In this document: positions 28,650-45,865 of the stretch, one piece after another | Layout of the letters: every line of letters starts with the position of its first letter | Numbering within the stretch: the stretch's first letter is position 1 | Source: the human T2T-CHM13v2.0 reference genome, Homo sapiens | Length of the DNA: 64,000 nt | NCBI RefSeq assembly: GCF_009914755.1 | Contig: NC_060932.1 | Strand: one strand, 5' to 3' | Notes under the pieces: generated by a model | Told to the model about the DNA's origin: nothing | Database searches by the model: none | Seen by the model: only the letters and a program-made list of their open reading frames with translations | Program-made: the position numbers and the translations under genes

Positions 28650-31600
28650 TTTTATCCTCTTTGTTTTGACTATCACATTTAATCATGGTTACATAGTAGC
28701 ACCAAAATTAGGACAAATTACAAGAATCACAGGAGAGATCTTAAATTATATGAGCTCATTGCATGCTTCAAAAGGTCTCATTTCAGAGAAAAAAAGGTTT
28801 CCAATTGCCAAAACTTTGCTGCATTTTCTCTCCCCCAAAATATACCCCAATTAAGTTCCATCTAAACAAAAGATACAATAGACTGATTTTTGAATAGATA
28901 TGTTATCTACAGTTTATAGGGCAGACAGTCCATTTAAATAGAAAAAGTGATTTTACATAAAGCAAGATAGAGTACAAAAGCACAGCTTTTGTAATTTTGG
29001 TAATATTGCAATTTTACAAACATGTTGCATAGTATGTGTAAGAAAATAGTTCCATTTTTCATATATCTATATATACAAGAAAACATTTACATGAAAGTAC
29101 AAAACAAAATAAATGAATAGTGGACCTGATTTAAAGAATTGTATAAATAACGAGACACTCAAACTCCAGATTACATATCTCCATTGTTAATGAATGTCCT
29201 TGCCCATCTTTAACCCTGTTTGGTTTTTATTTATAAATACGCAAACAAATGAGATACTAAGACTGAAAAAAACAAAAAATAACTACAGTTCATTATATCT
29301 CATTTCCTTTAATGGTTTTCATTGGCTTTCTCAAAATGCAGAGCCACCTCAGTTAACAATTAAAAAATAGCCCTCTGGTTCTACAAGTATTTCAAATTTT
29401 ATTCTCCAAATAGTGTTCAGCAAGCAGTGAAAGTTGAAACTCAGCTGAGGAGATCCATGCTGGGCCCATTTTGGGATACGGTCTTTGCATATAGGTTTTA
29501 TGAATACCAAGGAGTTTGTTATGCATGTATAAAAGAAAAGTGGACCACACTAATGATGTTTCCCTTCTGAAACAAAAGCATTCCTTAATTTATACAACTC
29601 AGGATCCTCCAAGAAGGATGTTTACTACCTCATGTTATAATTATAAGCCCCCCTATTCATTTGAATAAATTAGTAGGAGCAGCAGTGTTTTAGAGTTAAA
29701 TACAATAGAAATCCCATTCTTTGGTCTTTGACATTTAAACAACTAATAAATTTCAGTATAAAACAACATGAATAACAGTGTTCAATTAAGTTATTGATTA
29801 GTTTATGATTATTTAAAATGAATACAAATGCAAATTTCCTTTGTGATAATGATATTTTGTAGTGTTCATTACTGTAATATACACCAGTACATAGAGCAAA
29901 TAATTTCTCCATATGTCATTAAATATGATCACATGAACAACTCTTATTAGACCACAGCTATTTGAAGAATTAGGTGACAAGACCTCACTCATATAAAACT
30001 CAAATATGAATTTGGCTTTGAGGATTTTATAGAAAATTTGGCTATTAAATACTTTCAATGATTTTAATAATTTAACATTATTATGTTGACATTCTCTGCT
30101 ATGAAATATAACACTCATATGCATTAGACGCTCTCCAGGCTATTGCTGCCTCATACAGAGATACCATGTTTGCAATGAAATAATTTATTAGGAGTTTTAT
30201 TGTATCAAATGCTATTTTTGTAAAACGAGGCATTCTCTGATTGAGTCATTCGATAGAATATGTAGGAATTTTGAATGGAATAAAACAGTTCAGCAATTAA
30301 CCTCTGTGATCACATTATCATTTCTTCAAAAGATCACTGCTTTTTAGCTTTATGGAGGTAATAATCACAGAATGTTTATATTTGGTTAATATTTCTATTA
30401 ATTTCCTAAACAGTCATTTTGAATAAGATCCAAATGCATTATTTTCCTTTTTAACGTCAACCATATTACTGAATCCTGTTAACCAGGCATGATTTTTCCA
30501 AAGGAACCTTAATGTTCAAATGTTAAGAGTGTAAAAGGGAGTATAAAAAAGAGCATAGGAAGTAGCGTGCCAAAAAGGTTTGTATTTCAACTTTTATAAG
30601 CAGCTTTTTAAGGTGCAGAAGGAGATCACAAATGCTAGTTCAGATATGGCTACTTAACCTAAGATTTATGAGTGCTTCCTTAACTGAATCAGAAAAACTT
30701 AAAAATGAATGTGACTAAAGGAAATGTCTAGTTTGATATACCCCTCTCACAGATAAGTGAACTGTGACCAACGTAATTAAATATATGTCTTAAGTAGGTA
30801 AGTTCACATGACTAGCCAGGGGCAGAACTAGAACTGGAATTGCTGGCTCCATTTTCCGAGATTTGAAGTACTGTAATCTAAGATTCCTAAGTTACAGTAA
30901 AATTTGAGGTGTATAATTGTCTTAAACTCTTAGATAAATAATTATGTGCCAAATTATAAAACATATCATTCACAATAAAATATATATATTTTAGACATAA
31001 ATGTGTGTATGTGTGTGTATGACTAATAAGTAAGTACCGGATAGAAATTTTGGAAATGTTGAACAAGGGAAGTAGGAAATTTGGAAGTTTTTGTTGTTCT
31101 TGCTGTTTTTTTTGAAGTATTTAATTGAAATCTTCTGAAAAAGAAAAGAATAATGTGTCCTCTTTGCATCTTTCCTTTTGTGATCCCCCAAACCTGAATT
31201 CAGATACATCTCGGTTTATCCATTCCTGGCAAATAACTTAAATGCTAGCAAAACTACCAACCTCTTTTTCTTCTTCCGTTTGTTCCTTCCTGGCGTACAC
31301 TGAGTATGAAGTTATTAAGATATGGGTAATAAGATAGCTTAGTCGCATCCATGTAGTACACTATAAAGGACTCATTTTTCTCAGTGTCATTTGGGGAAGA
31401 TGAAATTTATATAAGTAAACTGCATTTTATTTATACATATTGTAACATAAAGATGGTACTGGGAAAACATAATCTGTTAGGGTACTGTGCAATTAAGGGA
31501 CCACTATATTTTTAAAAAAAAAAAAATGCTTTTTTGTGTTTGAATGTGGAAAACGAGGACATTTGGGGCCATTCTTCTAAGCCTTCACAATAGGCTTGAT

Positions 31601-34241
31601 CTCTCTGAGGCAGGGATCTTGGCTTAGATTCAGAAATCTGAAACAGCTAGTCAGATAACTTAAAGCAATTATTTGGTGTTGAATAGGAAAGCCATCGCTA
31701 TCACTATATTTTCTACTGTACTGAACCGATTTGTTATATCATCTGGATACAGTCTAAAGCTCTCAAGCTTGTAAGTTACTTTTGAATTATGTCTATACTT
31801 CTCAGAATGCATTTGAATTAAAAATGTGTCAGTCCCTCACTGGAATCGGTTTTTACATCTTTTTTTCTCACTTTTTTTTTCATCTTTTCTCCTCTTATGA
31901 CATATAATTTAAAATTTCATTTTTCTCTTTTGCCTTTTGTAATTTTGAAATTAGAACTTGAATTAGAACTTGAAATTAGAACATGTTGGAACAGAAAGGA
32001 ACCCCAAGAGACTATTTTATTCAATACTTTTGCTGTGAAGTTGAGTAAACTGAAGCCTGGAGAGATTCTCGAACTGCCTAAAACAGCTCAATTGATTAGT
32101 AGAAGACAGCTGAGATTAGAAACAGGGCCAGTTCCTAATCAAAAGAATTATTCCCATTTGACTTAGAAAGTTTCTAATTGTTTTAATGGAAGGATGATTA
32201 GAACTTGAATATGTCTTAAATTAAATTACTACATAATGTTTTCCTTAAAAGTCCATAATATAGTGATTAGCACACATAATTTCTCAATATTTCTTGTATT
32301 ATACTTTATTTTGCAAAGACCAATGTGAGATTTCTTATATTAAATTCTCTTATTTTAATATAAATTAAACTCTTGTGTTATAACTTTGTAAGCAATCGTA
32401 TATCATAAATTCTTATTTCAATATTGATTTAAAAAGTTATATAATAACACCCAAATATAATCACATTTTATTTTAACAGTAATAAATTAGCCTTTGAACC
32501 CTTCTGCTGAGTACAGTGGAAATGAGCTTTTTCAGTTATTTGATATGCTAGGTTATGCAAACAAGATAATTCTGGTCAAATATTTCACTTTTCTTCTTGC
32601 ATTGCCAATATTTCTACTTTCACTAACCACATCTTTTGCAACAAGTTCTAATCTCCCAGTTCACTCTGAGCTGTAGACACCTGAACTCCAAAGACTCTAC
32701 AGCCATTAATCCCCAAAAGGAAGTTTCAACACAAATGTTGATAGTGTGCATGAGGGAGAAAAACGTTTGATTGACATGTGAAAATTCAGGACTTACCTTA
32801 TAGTAATTAAGTCATCTTCCCATAATAGGAAATACTTAATACAGTTTTACATTCTTTGACTCTGTAAGTTTCAAGAGTTTGAGTTAAGGGGTGCTGTGAT
32901 AAATGAATATTCAGTATTCTGGAGTTGTTTACTAAGAGGTCATATACAAAAATAAGCATTGGAAAATGAAAAGAACTATAATTTTTGAGGTCAGGGTAGC
33001 CTAACAACGATCTAATAAAAGTAAATATATGTTAACAGCTGAATAGAAATGGGACTAAATTCCCTAAAATATGAATGTAGTGAAGTAAACACATTTTCAA
33101 TATTTATTAGCATTTGTCATTTTTACTGTTTAGTCAAGAAATTTTAGTTAGCTTCTGACTTCTTTAAATCTTAACCTCCAATAAAAAATAGATGGAGAAT
33201 AATTCTGAAGATGATACCCCAATGGAAAGAGAATTTATTCTCAGCATTATGCATCATATTAGTATTATTTATTTAGAAGATGTTTGAATTTTAGCAGTCA
33301 GAATCAAGTGCAGAGTGAGTGGAGCAAACAAAAATTATACTATTAAAACCTAGGTGTAAAGGATAGCATGTGAATTTTTTAAAAATCATCTATGGATTTA
33401 ATACCATCAACATATCCTTCTTAATCCTGTCTTATATTGCAATAGAGTAGATGTTTTGTTAAAAGCAAATACGTCACATGCAGTAGCCATGTAAATACTA
33501 TATAAGGCCATCCAGATCTGACCAATGACATTATAATGGCATTTTGTTAATTCTGTAAAGGATATATTGCTGAGTGCTTTCAAAATTACCTAATGTACAA
33601 AATTCTAGACTTAGTAGACAAAGAGTAACAGCACATTGAAATTAAAGAAACAGAAGGAAAACTCAGGGAGAGATTCTGTATTGTTTTGTTTTGTTCTGTT
33701 TTGTTAAAAACCATGTATTGAATTTAAATTTTAGTAAAGCAAGCATTACATAATGCTTTAAAATTTTAAAAGTCGGGGATAAAAGTTTACATCCAAAAAG
33801 ATGAATGGAAAATTGTGCTTTCAGAATGTAGAATAAGTTTTCTTACAGGGTTAACCATTTCATCTTGCCATTGGATACTGGGAATTTCATTTATGTAATG
33901 TATATATGTGCAGTTCATATCCAGGTCCTGCAAAAATCTAAAACTGTGTGCTTCACTTCGCGTAGCAAAGGCACCTATGTTATTCTCCCTTTCGAGCAAA
34001 AGTCATGATCCAGTTTTCCTGCTGACGACGCTTTTTCCACTGCTGTGTCAATCACACCCTCTGTGTTGAGCAGTACAGTAAATCACAAGAGAAGGTGGTG
34101 GCGAATCCCTGCTCACACTGGAAGTTGCTCTGTGGACCATTCGAAGAAGCTCTGGACTGATCACAAGGGAAACCGAGCAGAACTGTGAAGCAGACGGACA
34201 GGAACAAAAGGCTATTCTGGTGTGAGGAGAAATCAGTCACT
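28650..34241 (-). other. SGCZ: Probable SGCZ 3' UTR (distal end uncertain)
   Basis: Follows the TGA and contains no Alu or L1PA. Candidate minus-strand poly(A) signals include AATAAA at 33234-33239 and ATTAAA at 28678-28683. The true end cannot be fixed from DNA alone. Confidence 0.45.
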
Positions 34242-34436
34242 TCAGCTCCACAGGCAGATGTTGCTACTGGACTGACAAGTGGAACCTACTCCTGCTGGAG
34301 AAAGGTAAAGTTTGCCATTGGGGCAGACGCAGAGTTCATACACTGTCTGTCGAGAACTTGAGGAGCTGGGTGAAGAAGATGAGAAGGAGCCAGTTGGTAG
34401 ATTTCCCAGCTTGATTGTCTCTGCATTTAAAAATAT
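34242..34436 (-). CDS. SGCZ: Zeta-sarcoglycan terminal coding exon (probably exon 8), with a Ser-rich linker and C-terminal four-Cys cluster
   Basis: Reads tttcttttttcccatag|ATATTTTTAAAT...TGGAGCTGA and encodes IFLNAETIKLGNLPTGSFSSSSPSSSSSRQTVYELCVCPNGKLYLSPAGVGSTCQSSSNICLWS*. Contains the sarcoglycan CxCxxGKLYLS..C..C motif. Absent from the ORF track. Confidence 0.97.
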   Translation of the reverse strand: MFLNAETIKLGNLPTGSFSSSSPSSSSSRQTVYELCVCPNGKLYLSPAGVGSTCQSSSNICLWS

Positions 34437-34788
34437 CTATGGGAAAAAAGAAATTGCATTTTAATTCATTTTAGAAATGTAGCATCGAGTAATCTACATC
34501 CCTCCTCAACATGGTCTAATAAGGAAGTCGACACAACAAACAATTCCATGGTTTAGCTGCCATGCTTTGTTGAACAAACAAATTACATTCCTACAGTAGA
34601 GTCCAAAATATCTGCAGCTATCTTCTCCTTTGGGAGATGGTGCATTCTGACAGAAAGCCCTCAATCTGAAAAGCAACATCATACAATACGCTTAAGGGGC
34701 CAACCCAGTTACTTAAACACCACAGAAAATTAATGATTTTGACAGTCTCTCAATTTAATTTCTTAAAAAATCCCATAGATTTCCCTGT

Positions 34789-36221
34789 CACATCCCCCTG
34801 ACAGGCCCGGATGTGTGATGTTCCCTGCCCTGTGTCCATGTGTTCTCATTGTTCCCCTCCCACTTACAAGTGAGAACATGCAGTGTTTGGTTTTCTTTTC
34901 TTGTTTTAGTTTGCTGAGAATCATGGTTTCCAGCTTCATCCATGTCCCTGCAAAGGACATGAACTCATCCTTTTTTATGGCTGCATAGTATTCCATGGTG
35001 TATATGTGCTACATTTTTTTAATCTAGTGTGTCATTGATGGACATTTGGGTTGGTCCCAAATCCCTGCTATTGTGAAGAGTGCCGCAATAAACTTAAGTG
35101 TGCATGTGTCTTTATAGTAGAATGATTTATAATCCTTTGGGTATATACCCACAAATGGGATTGCTGGGTCAAATGGTATTTCTAGTTCTAGATCCATGAG
35201 GAATGTCTTCACTGTCTTCCACAATGGTTTAACCAATTTACACTCCCACCAACAGTGTATTTCTCCACATCCTCCCCAGCATCTGTTGTTTCCTGACTTT
35301 TGAATGACTGCCATTCTAACTGGCCTGAGATGGTATCCCATTGTGGATTTGATATGCATTTCTCTAATGACCAGTGATGATGAGCATTTTTTCATGTGTC
35401 TGTTGGCTGCATAAATATCTTCTTTTGAGAAATGTCTGTTCATATTCTTCACCCACTTTTTGATGGAATTGTTTGCTTTTTTCCTGTAAATTTGTTTGTT
35501 TAAGTTCTTTGTAGGTTCTGGATATTAACCGTTTGTCAGATGGACAGATTGCAAAAATTTTCTGCCATTCTGTAGGTTGCCTGTTCACTCTGATGATAGT
35601 TTCTTTTGCTGGGCAGAAGCACTTTAGTTTAATTAGATCCCATTTGTCGTCACTGCTTTTGGTGTGTTAGTCATGAAGTCTTTGCCCATGCCTATGTCCT
35701 GAATGGCATTGCCTAAGTAAGTTTTCTTCTAGGGTTTTTACAGTTTTAGGTTTTATGTTTAAGTCTTTAATCCATCTTGAGTTAGTTTTTGTATAAGGTG
35801 TAAGGAAGGGATCCAGGTTCAGCTTTCTGCGTATGGCTAGCCAGTTTTCCCAACACCATTTATTAAATAGGGAATCCTTTCCCCATTGCTTGTTTTTGTC
35901 AAGTTTGTGAAAGTTCAGATGGTTGTAGATATCTAGTGTTATTGCTGAGGCCTCTGTTCTGTTCCATTGGTCTATAGATCAGTTTTGGTACCAGGACTAT
36001 GCTGTTTTGGTTACTGTAGCCTTGTATTATAGTTTGAAATCAGGTAGCGTGATGCCTCCAGCTTTGTTCTTTTTGCTTAGGATTGTCTTGGTTATGTGGG
36101 CTCTTTTTTGGTTCCATATGAAATTTAAAGTAGTTTTTTCCAGTTGTGTGAAGAATGTCAATAGTAGCTTGATGGAGATATCATTGAATCTATAAATTAC
36201 TTTGGGCAGTATGGCCATTTT
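34789..36221 (-). mobile_element. L1PA7/8-like fragment, 5'-truncated and missing its extreme 3' end and poly(A) tail
   Basis: Begins inside the 3' UTR at catccccctgacaggccc. ORF2 C-terminal ORFs 35024, 35364 and 36027. Confidence 0.93.
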
Positions 36222-36282
36222 CATATTTTTTAATACTCATAAAAGTGTGTGGACTTTTAATCCAAAGGATATACTAAGTAGC

Positions 36283-36647
36283 TGATATGGTTTGGCTGTG
36301 TCCCCACCCAAACCTCATCTTGAATTGTAACCCCCATAATTCCCATGTATTGTGGGAGGGACCCAGTGGGAGATAGTTAAATCATGGGGGCAGTTTCCCC
36401 CATGCTGTTCTCAGGGTAGTGAACAAGTCTGACAAGATCTGATGGTTTTATAAGGGGGAAACCCCTTTCACTTGGTTCTCTCCTTCTCTCTTGCCTGCCA
36501 CCACATAAGATGCGCCTTTTGCCTTCTGCCATGATGGTGAGGCCTCCCCAGCCTCGTGGAAGTGTGAATACATTAATTGTCTTTTTCTTTATAAATTACC
36601 CAGTCTCGGGTATGTCTTTGTCGGCAATGTAAAAATGAACCAATACA
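36283..36647 (+). mobile_element. THE1 (C/D-like) MaLR solo LTR, 365 bp
   Basis: tgatatggtttggctgtgtccccacccaa ... accaataca termini. Perfect 5-bp TSD GTAGC at 36278-36282 and 36648-36652. Confidence 0.95.
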
Positions 36648-37039
36648 GTAGCTAATCAGCACAGTGAACAATATATAATTATTGTCTATAATTAGATTTG
36701 AAGTCTCCATGAAACAATATTACCTATGTTCAATACCTACTTTGCTAAATCTTCTAACTTGGAAAATGCTTTATTCTAAATCATGGACTCACCACTTTGA
36801 GAGACAGTGATCGTATGGCTCTGACATGCATGGAGAAAGTTTCAGAAAAAGAAAAAAAACGGATCTTGAATTTGAGCAAAGAAATAGCTCTCTCCAGCTG
36901 TTTCTTGTTTCCACTGATATATAGCTTATGATTGTCTGAAGGGTATCCCTAAATTGACAGGAGTAGGAGAGAATATTCTGCTTTCTCTCTCTTTGCCCTC
37001 CCTCATCTAAATTCCATTTGTTTTGTACTAGGACTCCTG

Positions 37040-37800
37040 TGATAGTCCCCTATCTGGCCTCCTGGTGGCCGATTTTTGTCCTCCTGTCATTGACTTTACA
37101 TATTCCTAGAGTGAACTTTTAAGAAACGCAAATCAAATAATCTTGCTACACTGCTCAAAACACTCTGATGTCATCCCCCACACTTCAATTGGATCCTGAT
37201 GTCTTTCCATGGCCCAAAGGCCCTACCTACAAGATCTGGCCTATCTCTCTAACATCATTTCCTGTAATTCTTCCTCTTGCTCCAGTTCTTGCATTTTCTC
37301 AAAAATAGCAAAAGCACTATGGCCTCATAGTATTTTTACTATTTCCTCAAACCGAAATACTTTTCTCCAGAGATTTAATGAGTGGGGGGAGATATTAACT
37401 GGGTGGTTGTGAAATATGGATGGGAGGTAGCTTTCCACTTTTTTGATGCTTTTTAAATTTCTGAACCATAAGACTACTGCACACTACAATTAAGCCAGAA
37501 AAAGAATTCATATATCATAAGTATATATATTTTAGGTCAATTTGGATGCAAACAAATTTGCTCCAATTCTCCAAAGGTCACCTCCTTGGAAATAACTTTT
37601 CTAAACACTCTATTAAAATAATGCTAATCTTTCTTCTCTCATTAACAGTTATACTTTTCTCTATAGTAAAAATCCATTTGTAATGTTACATTTGTATTCA
37701 TTCATTGTTTGTTTCTTCTACTTACAATAAGATCCATGAGGATAGGGCCTGTCTTTGGTTCATCCATATAGAATAGGGCATGGAATTGTAAAGTGCATGA
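37040..37800 (+). mobile_element. L2 fragments
   Basis: atagtcccctatctggcctcc, gcccaaaggccctacctacaagatctggcctatc and aagatccatgaggatagggcctgtct. Confidence 0.6.
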
Positions 37801-37948
37801 ATTACATGATGCCTTTTCTTCACCATGAACACATCTCTCCCCTCTAAGTTACAAACCCACCTCCCAACAAAGCCCAGTTCATCTGTTTTCTCTTCCATAT
37901 ACCATTCCCTGACGCCCCAAGATAGAAAAACCCTTTTTTTAAAAAGAT

Positions 37949-41735
<3,787 letters not shown>

Positions 41736-43243
41736 TTGCAGTTTTTTATTTTAAATATCTTATTCTGCTGATCACTTAAAGTGGTATTTTATAGCCATCT
41801 TCACACCTTACTTTCCCTGCTAAATACATCCTCCTCAAAGATAGAATCATATTGAATTTTTAGTAATTCCTACCATGTTTAACCCTGTAGATACACCTTC
41901 TACATAACACAAATAGTTATTCAATAAATGAATACATTATAAAACAAATGAATGGCTGCATTTATCAACAGTATTCAAAGTTAAAAAGCATGATTACAGC
42001 TTGTGTTTATTGATGTCAGATGTTGAAATATATTACCCCATAGTTACTTCTGTGTTAAGTGACAGGAAAGCAAAGAGGAAGAAATGAATTTGTTCTATTT
42101 TTTTAAGATTTGTTTTTCTGATGTGAAAGCAAGAAGTGCACAAAACTAAGCAAACAACAACAAAAACCCAAGGCAATACATTTTGGGTGTATGGATGTTG
42201 GGTCTCATTTCTTCTTGCTTGTGATACACTTGTGGCTCTCTTCTCCCCAGGGAATGAGAGATGATTCCTTTTATTGGTTGAGTGGAAGAGGAAGTGGGCT
42301 TGTGTAGTTCAGTCCCTTTTCCTTACACCTTTTCAGGAGCTAGCATGTGTGCAGAGGAAAGGCATCCTCAAGCTCTGAAAATGCCAAAAGTATTCTAGGG
42401 GCAAACTCTGAGACTGTGGTGTTTAAGTCTACAGGCTGGGAGTTGAGTTCACCTTGAAGAAATATTAAAAGCTGGTGTTTTGGATAACAAACCTTGAGAC
42501 ATAACACAATTAAGGAGGGGGATATGAAAATCTAATGGAGATGTGGAGAAGAGGGCTCATGTGGGATTGATCAGATGACTGTAAGAGTAAGTAAGGATTG
42601 CAGGTGACAGCCTTAGAATCAAGCATGAGCTATGGAGGCCTCATCAATGGAGTAAACCTTGAAGTACTCAAGCCTTATGATGAGTGGCTTGCTTCAGCAT
42701 AGCCATAATGGTGTTCTCTGGTTCTCCCATCCATTTAGGGGCTGCTTTAGATTGTATTCGGCTATATTACAGTGCTTAAAATTCCATAAGTTTCTGAGAT
42801 CCAAACCATAGCTCCACCCATATAAAAAGTCATTTTTTATAATAGATAAATTGATTCATATGGAGTACTTAGAGAAAATGATATTGGCTTGAGATAGAGG
42901 TATAAGTCATAAGATTAAAGGGGCTGCTATATATTGATTCTTTCCAACATAGCATTCCTGCACCTACCTAGATTTGTGCAGCATGGATGAACTTGAGCAT
43001 ATCTTTTTCTGTTCTGCCAAGGCAGTGACGCTGTTCACTTTCCGACTTCTAAAATTGATATGGCTCTTCAATATTGTCTTATAAACCATATAATCCACTG
43101 GTTCTGAAACTCTTCCCTGATCTCAATCACATCCCTGAGCTCTTAAGTCACAGTCCAGTGTCTTTCCTCTACCAAGAATTCACTTATCCTTCTGTCACCT
43201 GTTGAAATCCGGCCCGGGACTCACAAAACAAAAAATTGTTTTT

Positions 43244-43544
<301 letters not shown>

Positions 43545-44291
43545 TTATTTTTCTTTGATCTTGTGGTATATATGCTGTTATTGTATTACATGTGCCATTA
43601 TACCACTTACAGTATTCTCCATACAATTACAATTCATGTTGGTTTCCAGACTGAGTCTGAAATACTTTACAATACTATGCCTGAAATGACTATGAATTTT
43701 CAGCAGTGCAGAATTTCACATACAATTTCATTCTTCTACATTTCATCCATCATTTTAGATACCTCAATACCATGACTGATACTAAGTAGTTTAAAAACTA
43801 TCTAAGGATAAGGACTTTATATCCCTCTATATTGTTTAGTAAATGATAAATCTGTGGTACAGTCAATGTAGCAAAATATATATATTTATATGATTTTATA
43901 TTTCTTCATAGGAAAAATACATGCTGTTTTAAGTGCTGTGCCTTTCTGTACTTTTATTTTGTTACTATAAAAAAAAACCACAGATGAAAACCTGTGGCTA
44001 TGATTTATTTACAGCACAATACTCATTTGACAATGAAGTTATAATATGTAATTGAATCAAAGGACTCTGCTGATACCATGAATAAATGAATAAAAGAACA
44101 TATGTAAATGATTCTTATATGGGGCAAAATAGATATTAATAATAATCAATATTTATTATGAGCAATTTGAATGAAAGTTACCATTATCAAAGCAACTCTT
44201 TAAAAAGAATGCAAGATGTTTAAGAAAGACTTCCGTCCTACTGTGTTAGACAAAGTATTGTACTCTACAACTGTAGTGGAAAGAAATCCTG

Positions 44292-44441
44292 ATATTAATA
44301 TATTATATTAATATATTTTCAAAATATTATACATTAGATTAATATATTAATTATATATTAATATATTTTCAAATAATGTATTATATTTTATTAATTTATA
44401 TTAATATATTAATATATTTTCAAAATATTATACATTAGATT
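44292..44441. repeat. AT-rich degenerate minisatellite
   Basis: tatattaatatattttcaaa occurs three times. The longer unit ending ...atattatacattagatt occurs twice. Confidence 0.85.
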
Positions 44442-44769
44442 GCTAGATCACTTATGGTATAATATCTGCTAACACTCTAATATGGTCCTACCAGTAAATC
44501 TGTTTTTAAAAAGAAAGTAAATGTATAATTACAATTCATCTTGAATTAATAACTGAGATAAAAAAGGAATATTCCCCTTTTGCCTGTATTAAATTATGAC
44601 CTCATCATTATATCTGAAGAGGACTGAAATACTCCAGAACATGCCTCTCAACTTATCCTTTCATTCTTTTTCTTCTCAATTTGACCTTTGTGGGCTCATA
44701 ATTTAAAAACGATAAATAACACAAGAAGAAAATAAAACACCTAGGGAATGTATTGGTAGGAAAAGCAAT

Positions 44770-45750
44770 ACAACAGATTTACACTGTCAAGAACTTTCAA
44801 AATTGTAGTAAAAATATATAGACTAGCATATAAATCATGTATGAGCATTTAAAATAACTAAGGTAGAATTAAAAATGAACTGGCATGAAAGCATCTGCCA
44901 AGATGTCCAGGTTTGAAAAAAAAAGATGAGACTGCTAGACATTAAAAACATAATCACTAAAATTAAAAGCTCAATGTATGGATAAAATATGAGATTAGAT
45001 AGTGGGGAGAACCCTGAAAATATAGACCTGAATAAGTCAGTGGCATGAGGCACAGTAAGAGAAAGAAACTGGGAAGGAGAGGGTAAGAGATGTGGAAGGT
45101 GTGAAAATGCAAAGTTATGTCTTCAGAGTTTCAGAAAAAGACCATAGAAAATTGGGAAAAGACCATAGAAAATTGGGGAGAGGTTATCTGAGGTTATCTG
45201 AAGAAATAATGGGAATTTCCAGAATTGGTAAAAATGTGATTCTGCAGATAACAATAATCATGTATACTTATCACTTTATAGTGGAAAAATAGAACATCAA
45301 TGACAAAGTATTATTTAAAGCAGACAGCAGGAGAAAAAATAAATGATGTCTGCAGAAAATTGGGGAGAGGTTATCTGAGGTTATCTGAAGAAATAATGGG
45401 AATTTCCAGAATTGGTAAAAATGTGATTCTGCAGATAACAATAATCATGTATACTTATCACTTTATAGTGGAAAAATAGAACATCAATGACAAAGTATTA
45501 TTTAAAGCAGACAGCAGGAGAAAAAATAAATGATGTCTGCAGGAGTAGCAACAAGATTTAAAGGAAATTCTTGGGGAATAAAGGTAATATAGAAGAAAAA
45601 TACTAATGTATACATCCTATTCCAGGAAATATCATTCCTAAACAGTAAAACTTTTGTTTTCCTTTTAGATAAATAAAGGCACTCTTTCTATGGAAACAAA
45701 CAACCAAAGTGCTTTCTGGAAGAACTTTCTGAATATCAAGATATAACAAG
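44770..45750 (+). mobile_element. Ancient L1M ORF1-like remnant
   Basis: attaaaaacataatcactaaaattaaaagctcaatg and gaagaaataatgggaatttccagaattggtaaaa resemble L1M ORF1. Confidence 0.55.
45167..45540 (+). repeat. Perfect 187-bp tandem duplication (45167-45353 / 45354-45540)
   Basis: Base-by-base reading found no mismatches. 2-bp AG microhomology at the junction. Confidence 0.96.
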
Positions 45751-45865
45751 AATTAAAAAAAAAAAAAGGACTGTCGTTATTCTTCTCAAATTATATGCAT
45801 ATGGTTCCAGGGGAAGCATAAAGAAGTGCTTTGTGGAAAAGTTTAAATTACACAAATATGTACTT

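Noticed and set aside
34052-34240. 62-aa minus-strand ORF starting just after the SGCZ stop
   Set aside because: GTG start, out of frame with SGCZ, no read-through context (TGA A) and no recognisable protein features.
36365-36390. DUX4 site in the THE1 LTRs
   Set aside because: Both copies deviate from TAAYYBAATCA (tagttaaatca here; taatttgaacca in the 52327 copy).
42225-42255. Plus-strand acceptor-like ctctcttctccccag suggesting an antisense transcript
   Set aside because: An isolated motif in probable old repeat sequence, with no matching donor or promoter identified.
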